64,000 nt of DNA from an uncultured Actinomycetes bacterium (GCA_963767005.1 CAVYCN010000004.1:64001-128000), one strand, 5' to 3'; positions 47,348-57,018 are shown, numbered from the stretch's first letter. Made by a program: numbers and translations. Notes: generated by a model not told the origin, from the sequence alone.

Positions 47348-48749
47348 GGACCCTCCTCTCGGCGGCGTGCACGACCTCGGCGGTCGCGCGCCGCGTGGCG
47401 TCGTCGGGCGTGAAGGCCGGCGGCTCGCGTCGCAGGCTCTCCGTGCGAGCGCGCACGCGCTCCTTCAGCGTGGTCGCGCCCTCGGCCCGCCAGTGCTCGA
47501 ACTCGCCGCGCTCGAACAGCGCCGGCGCCCAGACGTCGGCGCCGTGCTCGCGGGTGTGGGCGAGGTCGGCGAAGCTGCCGCCGGGACCGACGGCCGCGAT
47601 CTCGTCGAGCGCGAGCGCGCGGCGGTCCGAACCGACGTCGTGCATGAGCGCGCGGGCGTACGAGACGAGCTCGTGGCCGAGCACGATGGTCTCGAACGAG
47701 CTCTGCCGCCCGGCCTCGAGGTAGCCCACGTCGTGCAGCAGGGTGGCCCGCGACAGGGCGCCCAGCACGGCCGAGATGGCCGCCTCGGCGGCCCACTGCT
47801 CGTCGAGCAGCTTGGCGTCGGACACCGCGGCGTAGGCGAAGCTCGGCAGCCCGTAGAAGTGGCAGAGGTCGCACGCGGCGGCGTTGCCCAGGTAGTGCTC
47901 GGGCGCGCCGAAGGCCTCGATCGCGGTGCGCGGATCAGCGGTGCCGCAGCCGACGCCCAGCACGAAGGGCGCGCCGGGCGCGACGAGCTGGTGCAGGACG
48001 AGCGCCGACAGCACCTCGGCGTTGCCGACCAGCACCGTGCCGGCGACGCTCACCGGCGCGCTCACGCCGGCCACGGGCGCCGGCGCGTACACGAGCGGGA
48101 TGCCTTCGACGGCGCAGGCCTGGATCTGGCGCAGGGCCGCGGCGGTGTGGCCGAGCGGCGGCGCCGAAAGCGCGTAGCAGGCGAAGCTCGCCGGCTCGCC
48201 GGCGAGGCCGGCGAGCTCGCGCATGAGCGGCAGCGAGCCGGCGTCGCGGGCGGTCGCCAGGAGCGGCTTGCGCGTGCCGGAGCACATGGCCGCGAAACGC
48301 GCCACGTCGCCTGTGGCCGCCGGCACGTCGGCCGGCAGGCCCATCGACATGACGAAGTCGATGCCGGGGAGGAGCTCGCAGAGGGCCGCCATGCCCTCGA
48401 CGTCGGCGCTCGTCGCCGGGCGGCGCTCGCCGCTGTCGGGGTCGCACACGTAGGCGCAGTCGGGACCGGTCCCGAACCAGCTCCGGCCGTCGGCCACCTC
48501 GATGCCGCTCGCGGCGGGGTCGCGTGAAGCCACGGTGCAGCGTCGCGGCGCGGCGGCGAGGGCCTCGCCGACGAGCGCCGCCGGCAGGCGCACGCGGTCG
48601 CCGTCGACGAGCGCGCCGGCGCCGGCGAGCAGCGCCCGCGCCGGCTCCCAGGGCATGTCGACGCCGGTCTCCTCGAGCAGGGCGAGGGTCGCCTCGTGGA
48701 CCTGCCAGCAGGCGTCGTCGTCCCAGACCACGAGGCGGGCGCCGGTCAC
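47340..48749 (-). CDS. Non-pyrrolysine MttB-superfamily corrinoid methyltransferase
   Basis: VHEATLALLEETGV, FGTGPDC, GNAEVLSAL, SDAKLLDEQ, LLHDVGYL, VGPGGSF; no in-frame TAG. Confidence 0.88.
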   Translation of the reverse strand: MTGARLVVWDDDACWQVHEATLALLEETGVDMPWEPARALLAGAGALVDGDRVRLPAALVGEALAAAPRRCTVASRDPAASGIEVADGRSWFGTGPDCAYVCDPDSGERRPATSADVEGMAALCELLPGIDFVMSMGLPADVPAATGDVARFAAMCSGTRKPLLATARDAGSLPLMRELAGLAGEPASFACYALSAPPLGHTAAALRQIQACAVEGIPLVYAPAPVAGVSAPVSVAGTVLVGNAEVLSALVLHQLVAPGAPFVLGVGCGTADPRTAIEAFGAPEHYLGNAAACDLCHFYGLPSFAYAAVSDAKLLDEQWAAEAAISAVLGALSRATLLHDVGYLEAGRQSSFETIVLGHELVSYARALMHDVGSDRRALALDEIAAVGPGGSFADLAHTREHGADVWAPALFERGEFEHWRAEGATTLKERVRARTESLRREPPAFTPDDATRRATAEVVHAAERRVHA

Positions 48750-50209
48750 GGAGCGGCGAGCTCCGCGTCGGCGCGCGCCACGATATGAGCGAGCTCGGCG
48801 GCGACGTCGTCGGGCAGCGGCTCGGGCCGGTGGTTGGCCAGGATGTCGTCGGCCGTCTCGGTCGCCCGCTCAAGGGCGCCCTTGCGGCCACCGGCGACCC
48901 AGACGTCGTAAGGCGTGCGGTCCCAGACCGCCGGGCGCCAGATCTCCTTCATGTGCTGCCGCGTGTGCTTCTCGGCGAGATAGGTGCCGTTGGGACCCAC
49001 CCTGGCGATCAGGTCGACCGCCAGCGTGTCGTCGTCGACGACCACGCCGCCGGCCACCTTCTGCACGATGCGATAGATCTCGGTCTCCATCACCATGTGC
49101 GGGTAGCTCAGGATCTTGGAGCCGTTCAGCAGGCCGCAGCCGTTCATCATGTCGGCGCCGGTCATGACGCTGGCGAAGGTCGACAGGGAGTCGTCGACCG
49201 CGGCCTGCCAGTCGGGCTCCTTGGCGCTCGTCGCCATCGTGCCCATGGCCATCGGCACGCCGTAGAAGTGAGCGAGCTGGGTGGCGCCGGCGGCCAGCAG
49301 GTAGTCCTCGGGGCCGGCCGTGTAGCCGCCGGTCTTCAGGTCCATGCAGCTCGGCGCGCCCGAGAAGAAGGCCGGGCAGCCCGGCCAGGCGAGCTCGAGC
49401 AGGACCACGCCCGACAGCGCCTCGGCGTTCTGCACGACGAGGTTGCCGGCCAGAGTGGCCGGCCCGGTGCCGGCCATCAGCGGCATGGGCATGAAGCCGC
49501 TCGCCAGGCCGTGCTCGGCGGCCACCAGGTTGGCCTCGAGGTTGGGACCGTCGTGGCCGAGGGGGTCGACGGCGCACTGCATGAAGCTGATGATGGGACG
49601 CTTGCGCAGCTCGGCGGTGCCACCGACGATGGCGGCCGCCATCTCGACGAGCAGCCGTGCCGGCCGCTCGCCCACCGTCGTCACGGCCTGGTAGTGCTTC
49701 GTCGTGTTGGTGAGCACGGCCTCGGAGTCGTGCAGCGCCTTGCTCGCCGGCGGCACGTCCTGCGAGGTGACGACCGGACCCCAGTAGTAGCTCACGTCGG
49801 GCAGGGCGTCGACGAAGCGCGCCGAGGTGGCGGCGTCGGCCTTCGTCGAGGGCCGCTTCTCGCCGGTGTGGTGGTCGTAGACGAAGACGCCGCTGCCGTC
49901 GTTGGACAGATAGCAGTGGCGCCGGTCGATCACGAGGTCGCAGGCGGGGTCGCGACCGGCCAGCACATAGCTGTCGGGCACCCGGCTCACGGCGTCCATG
50001 ACGACGGCGCGCGGCAGCCTGACGATCGCGGTCGCCCGGTCGACCCTGCAACCGTTGCTCTCGAGGACGTCGAGCGCCTTGTCGGAAGGGAAGCGCACGC
50101 CGGTCGTCTCGAGCACGTCGAGCGTGGCCTCGTGGATGCGCTCGAGGTCGTCGCTCGACAGGACGTCCCAGCCGAGACGGGGGGTGATGGGATTGATCCG
50201 GGGGCTCAT
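48746..50209 (-). CDS. Non-pyrrolysine MttB-superfamily corrinoid methyltransferase
   Basis: IHEATLDVLETTGV, PATLAGNLVVQNAEAL, MDLKTG, SAKEPDWQA, VGPNGTYL. Confidence 0.92.
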   Translation of the reverse strand: MSPRINPITPRLGWDVLSSDDLERIHEATLDVLETTGVRFPSDKALDVLESNGCRVDRATAIVRLPRAVVMDAVSRVPDSYVLAGRDPACDLVIDRRHCYLSNDGSGVFVYDHHTGEKRPSTKADAATSARFVDALPDVSYYWGPVVTSQDVPPASKALHDSEAVLTNTTKHYQAVTTVGERPARLLVEMAAAIVGGTAELRKRPIISFMQCAVDPLGHDGPNLEANLVAAEHGLASGFMPMPLMAGTGPATLAGNLVVQNAEALSGVVLLELAWPGCPAFFSGAPSCMDLKTGGYTAGPEDYLLAAGATQLAHFYGVPMAMGTMATSAKEPDWQAAVDDSLSTFASVMTGADMMNGCGLLNGSKILSYPHMVMETEIYRIVQKVAGGVVVDDDTLAVDLIARVGPNGTYLAEKHTRQHMKEIWRPAVWDRTPYDVWVAGGRKGALERATETADDILANHRPEPLPDDVAAELAHIVARADAELAAP

Positions 50210-50265
50210 GGGCGGCGACCTCGCAGGTTCGCGGAAGGGGCCTGAAGCGTGGGGCGTCGGCCGGT

Positions 50266-50363
50266 CCGACTAGGCGTGCGACGGCGTCACACGCGCCTAG
50301 GCGATGACGACGGAGTCGATCATCGGCACGAGGCGCGCAGCGAAGCCACGCACGCCTGGGCGG
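50266..50363. repeat. Dispersed, diverged, inverted copy of the 59-bp REP-like element
   Basis: Minus strand cgcccaggcgtgcgtggcttcgctgcgcgcctcgtgccgatgatcgactccgtcgtcatcgcctaggcgcgtgtgacgccgtcgcacgcctagtcgg aligns to the 34961 unit plus the next hairpin. Confidence 0.85.
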
Positions 50364-50511
50364 CGACGGCGAGGCCGATCGCCGGCACTACAGGCCGGAC
50401 GTGCGGCAGATGGCGATGATGGAGGCCGCTGGCACCCGCCGAGTCTATCAGACGCCCGCTGGAAGCGGCGACCGGTCGGGACGCGCGGCGCCACTCCGCG
50501 GACCCGGGCCT

Positions 50512-51981
50512 TCAGGCCAGCTCGCGGTCGGCCCGCGTCACGAGCTCGTCGAGGGCGGCGGCGGTGACGGCCGGCAGAGGCTCGGCGTGGTGGCCGGCCA
50601 GGATGCCGGCGGCGATGTCGGCCGCCGCGTCGCGAGCGCCGCGCCGGCCACCGTCGACCCAGGCGTCGTAGGGCGCGCGGTCCCACACCAGGGGGCGCCA
50701 GATCTCGGGCGCGTGGCGCCGGGTGTGGCGGTCGGCGAGGAAGGTGCCGCCGGGGCCGACGCGGTCGATGACGTCGAGGGCGAGCGCCTCGGCGTCGACC
50801 GTGACGCCCTCGGCCAGGCGCCGCACGATGCGGTAGACCTCGGTCTCCATGATCAAATGGGGATACGACAGGGTCCGGGAGCCGTCGAGCAGGCCGCAAC
50901 CGCTCATCATGTCGGCGCCGGCCAGCACCGAAGCCGCGGTCGAGAGGGCGTCGTCGACGGCCGCCTGCCAGCCCGGCTCCTTGGCGCCGGTGGCCATGGT
51001 GCCCATGTTGACCGGCAAGCCGAACGAGCGGCCGAGCTGGGTCGCTGCGGCCGCGAGGACGTCGTCCTCGGGGCCGCCGCCCGTGTACCCGCCGGTGCGC
51101 AGGTCCATGACGCTCGGCGCGCCGGCGAAGAACACCGGCGCGCCGGGGCTTGCGAGCTCGAGCAGCACGAGGTCGGCGAGCACGGTGGCGGCGTTGACCA
51201 CGAGGTTGCCGGCCAGCGTGGCCGGCGCGGTGCCGCAGCCCAGGGTGAGCGAAAGAAAGCCGCAGGGCACGCCGGCGGCGGCGCAGACGAGGCCGGCCTC
51301 GAGGCTCACCGCATCGTTGCCGAGCGGGTCGACCGGGCAGGCGATCAGGCTCACGAGCGGCCGGCGGCGCAACTCGTCGCGGCCGCCGCTCAGGGTGGCG
51401 GCCATCTCGACGAGCAGCCCGGTCGGCCGCTCCCCGACGCAGGTCACCGCCTGGTAGTGCTTGGTCGTGTTGGCGAGCACGGCCGCGGCTTCGTGCAGCG
51501 CGCGCGACGCGACGGGCGCGTCGCCGCCGGCGACGATCGGCCCCCAGCAGAACGCGACCTCGGGCAGCGCGTCACAGAAGCGCGCCGCATCGGCGACGTC
51601 GGCCAGAGTCGAGGGGCGCCGCTCGCCGCTTGCGGGGTCGACGACGGCGACGCCGCTCGCGTCGTTGGACAGGTAGCAGTGACGGCCGTCGAGCGGCAGG
51701 TCGCACGACGGGTCGCGCGCGCAGAGCGTGACGTCGCGGGGCGCGGCCGCGAGGGCCGACTCGACGAGCGGCTGCGGCAGGCGGGCGACCTCACGCCCGC
51801 GATCGACCGCGGCACCGTGCGCCTCGAGGACGTCGAGCGCACGCGCCAGCGGGAAGCGCACGCCGACGTCGGCCAGGACGGTGAAGATCGCCTCGCGCAG
51901 GCGGTCGAGGTCGCCCGCCGACAGGACCTCCCAGCGGCGGGCCGGGGCGATCGGCGCGATTCTGGGCGCGTTGCCGCTCAC
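50512..51981 (-). CDS. Non-pyrrolysine MttB-superfamily corrinoid methyltransferase
   Basis: Close paralog of 48746-50209 (HCYLSND, NTTKHYQAVT, PATLAGNLVV, GAKEPGWQA). Confidence 0.92.
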   Translation of the reverse strand: MSGNAPRIAPIAPARRWEVLSAGDLDRLREAIFTVLADVGVRFPLARALDVLEAHGAAVDRGREVARLPQPLVESALAAAPRDVTLCARDPSCDLPLDGRHCYLSNDASGVAVVDPASGERRPSTLADVADAARFCDALPEVAFCWGPIVAGGDAPVASRALHEAAAVLANTTKHYQAVTCVGERPTGLLVEMAATLSGGRDELRRRPLVSLIACPVDPLGNDAVSLEAGLVCAAAGVPCGFLSLTLGCGTAPATLAGNLVVNAATVLADLVLLELASPGAPVFFAGAPSVMDLRTGGYTGGGPEDDVLAAAATQLGRSFGLPVNMGTMATGAKEPGWQAAVDDALSTAASVLAGADMMSGCGLLDGSRTLSYPHLIMETEVYRIVRRLAEGVTVDAEALALDVIDRVGPGGTFLADRHTRRHAPEIWRPLVWDRAPYDAWVDGGRRGARDAAADIAAGILAGHHAEPLPAVTAAALDELVTRADRELA

Positions 51982-51982
51982 G

Positions 51983-52903
51983 CTACTGCGCCGGGTACGT
52001 GCCGGCCTTGAGCATGGCGAGCGCCTTCGTGAAGGTCGGCACGCCTGCCGGGCGCACGCTCACGTCGAGACCGTGGTACCAGCGCCGCGACAGGAGGGTG
52101 AGCTCGCCGCTCGCGCGCATGCTCCTGATGGCGCTGTCGAGCAGGGCGATGAGGTCGGCCTGGCCGGGCTGCACGGCGAAGGCCTCGGGCTGGTAGTAGA
52201 AGCCGGCGCCGGCGACCGTCACGGCGACGCCGCCGGCACGCATGGTCGCCGCCGTCGTGTCGGCCGTCATCGCGCCGGCCAGGCTGCCGTTGCCCACGTC
52301 GGCGACGGCGTCGGCGTCGGTCGTGTAGAGCTGGACCTGGACGCCGGTCGCCGCCTCGAGAAAGCGCTGGTAGGTGGTCGCGGCGCTCGCGCCGACGGCC
52401 TTGCCGGACAGTCCGGCCAGGGTCGTGATCGGCGTCGAGCCCGTCCGCACCAGGACCTGGGCCGCACTGTAGGTGTAGGGCGCCGTGAAGGCGAGTCCGC
52501 TCGCCGGCGCCGGGTCAGTGGCGATCGAGCTGATCGCCACGTCGTATTTCGCACCCTTGAGCGCCGCCGGCACGCGCGCCCAGTCGAGCTCGCGGATCTC
52601 GACGTCGACGTCGAGCAAGGTGGCCACCTGCTGCGCCACATCGACGTCGAAGCCGCTCCAGGCGCCCGTGGCGCCGACCGAGCTCTGTGGCGCGAACTCG
52701 GGGTCCTCGCCGACGACGAGGACGCCGCGCGCGGCGATCGTGGCGGCGAGCCCGGTCGGGCGGTGACCGAGGATCTGGGTGAACCGCTGGGCCGGCGTCT
52801 GGGCCGCGGCCTTGACGTGGCCGCCGCAACCCGCGAGGCCGACGACCAGCAGGGCCGCCACGACGGCGACCAGCGTCACGGCCGGCGCGCGGCCCGAGCT
52901 CAC
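51983..52903 (-). CDS. Polar amino-acid ABC transporter substrate-binding lipoprotein (SBP family 3)
   Basis: Lipobox LAGC; GFDVDVAQQVA, KYDVAISSI, FTAPY, MRASGELTLLSRRWY; GTGA overlap. Confidence 0.85.
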   Translation of the reverse strand: MSSGRAPAVTLVAVVAALLVVGLAGCGGHVKAAAQTPAQRFTQILGHRPTGLAATIAARGVLVVGEDPEFAPQSSVGATGAWSGFDVDVAQQVATLLDVDVEIRELDWARVPAALKGAKYDVAISSIATDPAPASGLAFTAPYTYSAAQVLVRTGSTPITTLAGLSGKAVGASAATTYQRFLEAATGVQVQLYTTDADAVADVGNGSLAGAMTADTTAATMRAGGVAVTVAGAGFYYQPEAFAVQPGQADLIALLDSAIRSMRASGELTLLSRRWYHGLDVSVRPAGVPTFTKALAMLKAGTYPAQ

Positions 52904-54237
52904 GCGAGGCCCGCCACCAGGCGCCGCAGCTCGGTGTCGAGACCGGGCTCGAGCGGCGGCGGCACATGGCTCGCGAGGATCTCGCGGGCGCGCTCGCGGG
53001 CGGCGGCGCGGGCGTCGTCGCCGAACGCGCGCAGCCCGCCCGCCACCTGCCGGGCCGCGCCGGCGGCGCCGGCCGCCGAGGTCACGGCGGCGGCGCGGGC
53101 TGCCGCCCGCGCCGCCGCCGTGACCTCGGTCCCCAGGACCAGCTCCTCGAACGAGAAGATGCGACCGCCGGCGACCATGCCGACCCCGGCCAGCATGTCG
53201 ACGCCGGCCAGCAGCGACAGGTACGTGGTCGTCACGTCGTCGATCACCGACTGCCAGCCCGGCAGCTTGGCCGCCGAGGCGTTCACGCCGCACTGGGTGG
53301 GCAGCCCGTAGAAGGCGCCGACGTTGCCGACGGCCGCGCCCATGAGCGTGTCCTCGGGCGCGCCGCCCGAGAAGTCGCCGGTGCGCAGGTCCATGACGCT
53401 CGGGATGAAGCAGACGAACACGGGGGCGCCGGGGAAGGCGGCCTGCACGGCGCAGACGCCCGACAGCGCCTCGGCGATGCCGACCACCAGCGAGCCGGCC
53501 ATCGTGATGGGGGTCGTCGAGCCACCTTGTGGCATGGTGACGAAGCCGATCGGCACGCCGGCCTGGGCGAACACCAGGGCGGCGGCGAGCGTGCCGTCGT
53601 CGTGGCCGAGCGGCGTGATCGTGCCGAGCAGGGCCGAGATCGGCGACGCGCGCCGCACGGCGCGCTCGCCGCCGGCGATGGCACGCGCCATCTCGACGGC
53701 GACGCTCGCCTGCTCGGCGTCGACGATGGTCACCGTCTGGGCGTGCTTGCCGGTGTTGGCGAGCACCTCGTAGATCTCATGCAGGCCGCGGCGCTCGACC
53801 GGACGGTCCTGGGCGCTCACCGTCGTCCAGCAGAAGTCGATCTCGTCGAGGGCGTCGACGATACGGGTGACGGCGGCGACGTCGGCGGCCGTGGTCGGCC
53901 GCTTGTCGCCCGTCTCTAAGTCGTAGATGTCGGTGGGGCAGCCGTCGGTCGTGAGCAGCGAGCGCGAGCCGGTGACCAGCGTGCGGTTGGCGCGCGCGCC
54001 CAGCGTCAGCCGCTCGGGCGCCTGGCCGACGAGCGCGCGCACGACGTCGGCCGGGATGCGCACGACCTGGCCCTCGGCCTGCGCGCCGGCCGCGACCAGG
54101 GCCGCCCTCGCCGGCAGGTACGGCACCGCGACGCCGACCGTGGAGAGCACGCGCAGGGCGGCCTCGTCGAGTCGCTCGAGGTCGCGCGCGGTCAGGACCT
54201 GGAGACGCGCCGGCGCGTCGGGTTCGGGCTGTCGCAC
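52900..54237 (-). CDS. Non-pyrrolysine MttB-superfamily methyltransferase with shortened C-terminal region
   Basis: LDEAALRVLSTVGV, PITMAGSL...AEALSG, MDLRTG, SAAKLPGWQ; SD AAGGAAGG. Confidence 0.85.
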   Translation of the reverse strand: MRQPEPDAPARLQVLTARDLERLDEAALRVLSTVGVAVPYLPARAALVAAGAQAEGQVVRIPADVVRALVGQAPERLTLGARANRTLVTGSRSLLTTDGCPTDIYDLETGDKRPTTAADVAAVTRIVDALDEIDFCWTTVSAQDRPVERRGLHEIYEVLANTGKHAQTVTIVDAEQASVAVEMARAIAGGERAVRRASPISALLGTITPLGHDDGTLAAALVFAQAGVPIGFVTMPQGGSTTPITMAGSLVVGIAEALSGVCAVQAAFPGAPVFVCFIPSVMDLRTGDFSGGAPEDTLMGAAVGNVGAFYGLPTQCGVNASAAKLPGWQSVIDDVTTTYLSLLAGVDMLAGVGMVAGGRIFSFEELVLGTEVTAAARAAARAAAVTSAAGAAGAARQVAGGLRAFGDDARAAARERAREILASHVPPPLEPGLDTELRRLVAGLA

Positions 54238-54316
54238 AGGCACCTTCCTTGTGGCCGTCGTCGATCGGTCGCGCCGCCGGGGCTGGGTCCGGGGCGAAGC
54301 CGCCCCATTCTCGCCT

Positions 54317-54793
54317 TCAGACGGCGATGGCTGCAACCCGCGGCGCGAGCATCGCGCGCAGGTCGGCGCTGCGGATCTTGAGCATCGTGGTCGTGGCGCC
54401 GCCGCCGCAGTAGACGACCGGCGGCTCGAACACGGCCGGGTCGGCGACGACCGGCATGTCCCCGTCGAGGCCGCAGGGCGGCAGCGCGCCCGGCCGGAAG
54501 CCGGTCAGCGACACGACCCGCGGCGCGGCGCAGGGGGCGACGGCGGCGCAGCCGAGCACGGCGGCGAGGCCGTCGGGGTCGACGCGCCGGTCGCCGGGCA
54601 CGAGGCACACCACAGGTCCGCCATCGGTGTCGACCAGGACGGACTTGACGACCTCGCGCGGCGCGACGCCGAGCAGGGCGGCGGCGTGGCGCGCGGTGCT
54701 GGACAGGGCGGGCAGCTGGACGATCTCGTGCGCCACGCCCCGCTCGAGCAGGAAGTTGTGGACGTCGCTGCAGGACCTCAAGGAAACGAGCAC
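54317..54793 (-). CDS. YbaK/EbsC aminoacyl-tRNA deacylase family protein
   Basis: VVKSVL, TGFRPGALPP, VYCGGG; start approximate. Confidence 0.85.
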   Translation of the reverse strand: MLVSLRSCSDVHNFLLERGVAHEIVQLPALSSTARHAAALLGVAPREVVKSVLVDTDGGPVVCLVPGDRRVDPDGLAAVLGCAAVAPCAAPRVVSLTGFRPGALPPCGLDGDMPVVADPAVFEPPVVYCGGGATTTMLKIRSADLRAMLAPRVAAIAV

Positions 54794-54884
54794 CCCCCCT
54801 CAGGCTGCGGCATCACTCTACCACAGGCGCGGGCGCCGGCCGGCCGCTGTTGCCCGCTGGCCGGCGCCCGCCTACGATGGGTTC

Positions 54885-55577
54885 ATGCGCGAGCGCTCGA
54901 CACGGCAGCGCGTAGGACGGCGGGTCGCGAGCCTGCTACTGGTGGCCGGCGGCATCGTCGTCGCGTTCCCCTTCTGGTCGGCGGCGTACGCTCACTTCCA
55001 GCAGGGCGCCCTGCGCGGCGACTACCGCCGGGCGAGTGCCGCCTTCGTGCTGGGCGAGCAGCGCCAGACAGCGGTGCTCGCTCAGCTCCGCACGCCGCAG
55101 ATGAAGGTGCGCCGCCTGGCCGCCCTGTTCGCCCGCGGCCTCAAGCCTGGCGACCCCATCGGGCGTCTCATCATCCCGCGCCTGGGGATGGACCGCATCG
55201 TCGTGCAGGGCGCGGCCGGCAGCGCCAGCCTCAGTCCGGCCAGCGATACCGCCTACCTGCGCGGGGGCCCCGTGCACTACGGGATCACGCCGCTCCCCGG
55301 GGCCGGAGAGCCCTTCGCGGTGGCGGGACACCGCACGACCTACGGTGCGCCCTTCTACAGCCTGAACGAGCTGCGCCGCGGTGACCGCATCGTGGTGGAC
55401 ACGCCGTACGGACGCTTCACCTACCGCGTGGCGCGGCTGACGACGGTACTGCCGACCGAAGTCGGTGTGCTCTACGACCGCGGCTACGGCCTCGTGCTGA
55501 CCACCTGCACGCCGCCCTACAGCGCGAGCCACCGCCTGGTGGTGTGGGCGAGCGCGGCTGGCTTCCGGCTCAAGTAG
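54885..55577 (+). CDS. Sortase (class E-like)
   Basis: N-terminal TM; AGHRTTYGAPF, LTTCTP...HR; TTGCCC-17-TACGAT promoter 6 nt before the ATG. Confidence 0.9.
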   Translation: MRERSTRQRVGRRVASLLLVAGGIVVAFPFWSAAYAHFQQGALRGDYRRASAAFVLGEQRQTAVLAQLRTPQMKVRRLAALFARGLKPGDPIGRLIIPRLGMDRIVVQGAAGSASLSPASDTAYLRGGPVHYGITPLPGAGEPFAVAGHRTTYGAPFYSLNELRRGDRIVVDTPYGRFTYRVARLTTVLPTEVGVLYDRGYGLVLTTCTPPYSASHRLVVWASAAGFRLK

Positions 55578-55659
55578 GCCGCGCGGTGTCGGAGGTGGCA
55601 GCGGAGACATGGGCCGCGGCTGGGGCCCGTCCCGTCTTGCGCTTTCGCGCCGGCCCGCG

Positions 55660-56892
55660 TCAGGCCGGCAGCGGCGGGCGCTCGGGGCGCGACCCCTCGA
55701 GCGGCGTGACCAGGTAGAGGTCGCCGGGCCGGCCGCCGGCGTGGCTGGCCGGCACGAACACGAGGCCGTCGGCCAGCACCATCGAGCGCAGGATCGCCGA
55801 GCCCTGCGGCCCGGTCGTCGTGAACCGCCAGGCGCCGTCGTCGTCGCGCAGCAGCAGGCAGCGGCGCACCTCGACGCGGTCCCTCGTCGCCCGTACCGGC
55901 TCGACCGCGGCCGCCGTGAGCCAGGGTCGCCAGAGGTCGCTGCGCCCCTGCATCGCCAGGAGCGCTGGCCGGACGTAGAGCTCGAACGACACCATCGCCG
56001 AGACGGGGTTGCCCGGCAGACCAAAGACGAGCCGGCCCTCGCGCACCCCGAAAGCCACCGGCTTGCCCGGCTTGGTCGCGACGCCCCAGAAGCGGCGCTC
56101 GACGCCGAGCTCGTCCTCGACCTGCTTGACGAAATCGAAGTCGCCGACCGACACGCCGCCCGACGTGATCACGACGTCTTCTTCGAGGGCCCGCGCGATG
56201 AGGCGACGGGTCTCGGCGCGATCGTCGGGCGCGATGCCGAGCACGACCGGCTCGCCGCCCGCGGCCAGCACCTGGCCCAGGGCCGTGAACGAGTTGGAGT
56301 TGTGGATCTGGCCCGGCCCCAGGGGCTGCCCGACCGGCACCAGCTCGCTGCCGGTCGCGAGGATCGCCACCCGCGGTCGGCGGACCACATCGACTTGCTC
56401 GAGGCCGACCGACACCAGCATGCCGATCTCGGCCGGGCCGAGCGGCGCGCCACGCGGCACGACGACGTCGCCGCGGCGCACGTCCTCGCCGGCGTGGCGC
56501 ACATTGGCGCCGGCGCGCGGCGCCGTGCGCACGAGCACGCGGCCGTCGCGCTCCTCGATGTGCTCGACCTGCACGACCGTGTCGGCCCCGACGGGCATGG
56601 GTGCCCCGGTCATGATGCGCGCCGCCTGGCCCGGCTCGAGCGGCGCGGTCGCCACCGTGCCGGCCGGGATCTCGGCGACGACGGGGAGCCCCTCACGCCG
56701 CGCGAGCTCGAGGTCGGCCCCGCGGACAGCGAAGCCGTCCATGGCGGAGTTGTCGAACGAGGGGACGTCGGCGGCCGAGACGACGGCGGCGGCGGCGGCG
56801 CGCCCGAGGGCCTCGAGCACCGTCACGCGCTCGGCGCCCAACGGGCGTGCGGCGGCCAGCACCAGATCGATCGCCTCGTTCAGCCTGACCAT
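55660..56892 (-). CDS. moeA: Molybdopterin molybdotransferase
   Basis: FDNSAMDGFA, RIMTGAP, ATGSEL, TSGGVSVGDFD, KPGKP, GLPGNPVS. Confidence 0.93.
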   Translation of the reverse strand: MVRLNEAIDLVLAAARPLGAERVTVLEALGRAAAAAVVSAADVPSFDNSAMDGFAVRGADLELARREGLPVVAEIPAGTVATAPLEPGQAARIMTGAPMPVGADTVVQVEHIEERDGRVLVRTAPRAGANVRHAGEDVRRGDVVVPRGAPLGPAEIGMLVSVGLEQVDVVRRPRVAILATGSELVPVGQPLGPGQIHNSNSFTALGQVLAAGGEPVVLGIAPDDRAETRRLIARALEEDVVITSGGVSVGDFDFVKQVEDELGVERRFWGVATKPGKPVAFGVREGRLVFGLPGNPVSAMVSFELYVRPALLAMQGRSDLWRPWLTAAAVEPVRATRDRVEVRRCLLLRDDDGAWRFTTTGPQGSAILRSMVLADGLVFVPASHAGGRPGDLYLVTPLEGSRPERPPLPA

Positions 56893-57018
56893 GGCACGGC
56901 CTCCTTGGTCGTCGTCCACACGCAGCCGCCGCGCCCCGCTCCGGTCGCCCGCGCAGGAGCCAAGCCTACAGCAGGCTCCCGCGCCGTGGGCGGGGCGCGC
57001 CCCGCACGGCCGCGCCGC

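Noticed and set aside
45995-54237. Pyrrolysine-containing trimethylamine methyltransferases
   Set aside because: No in-frame TAG in any paralog and no pyl genes seen.
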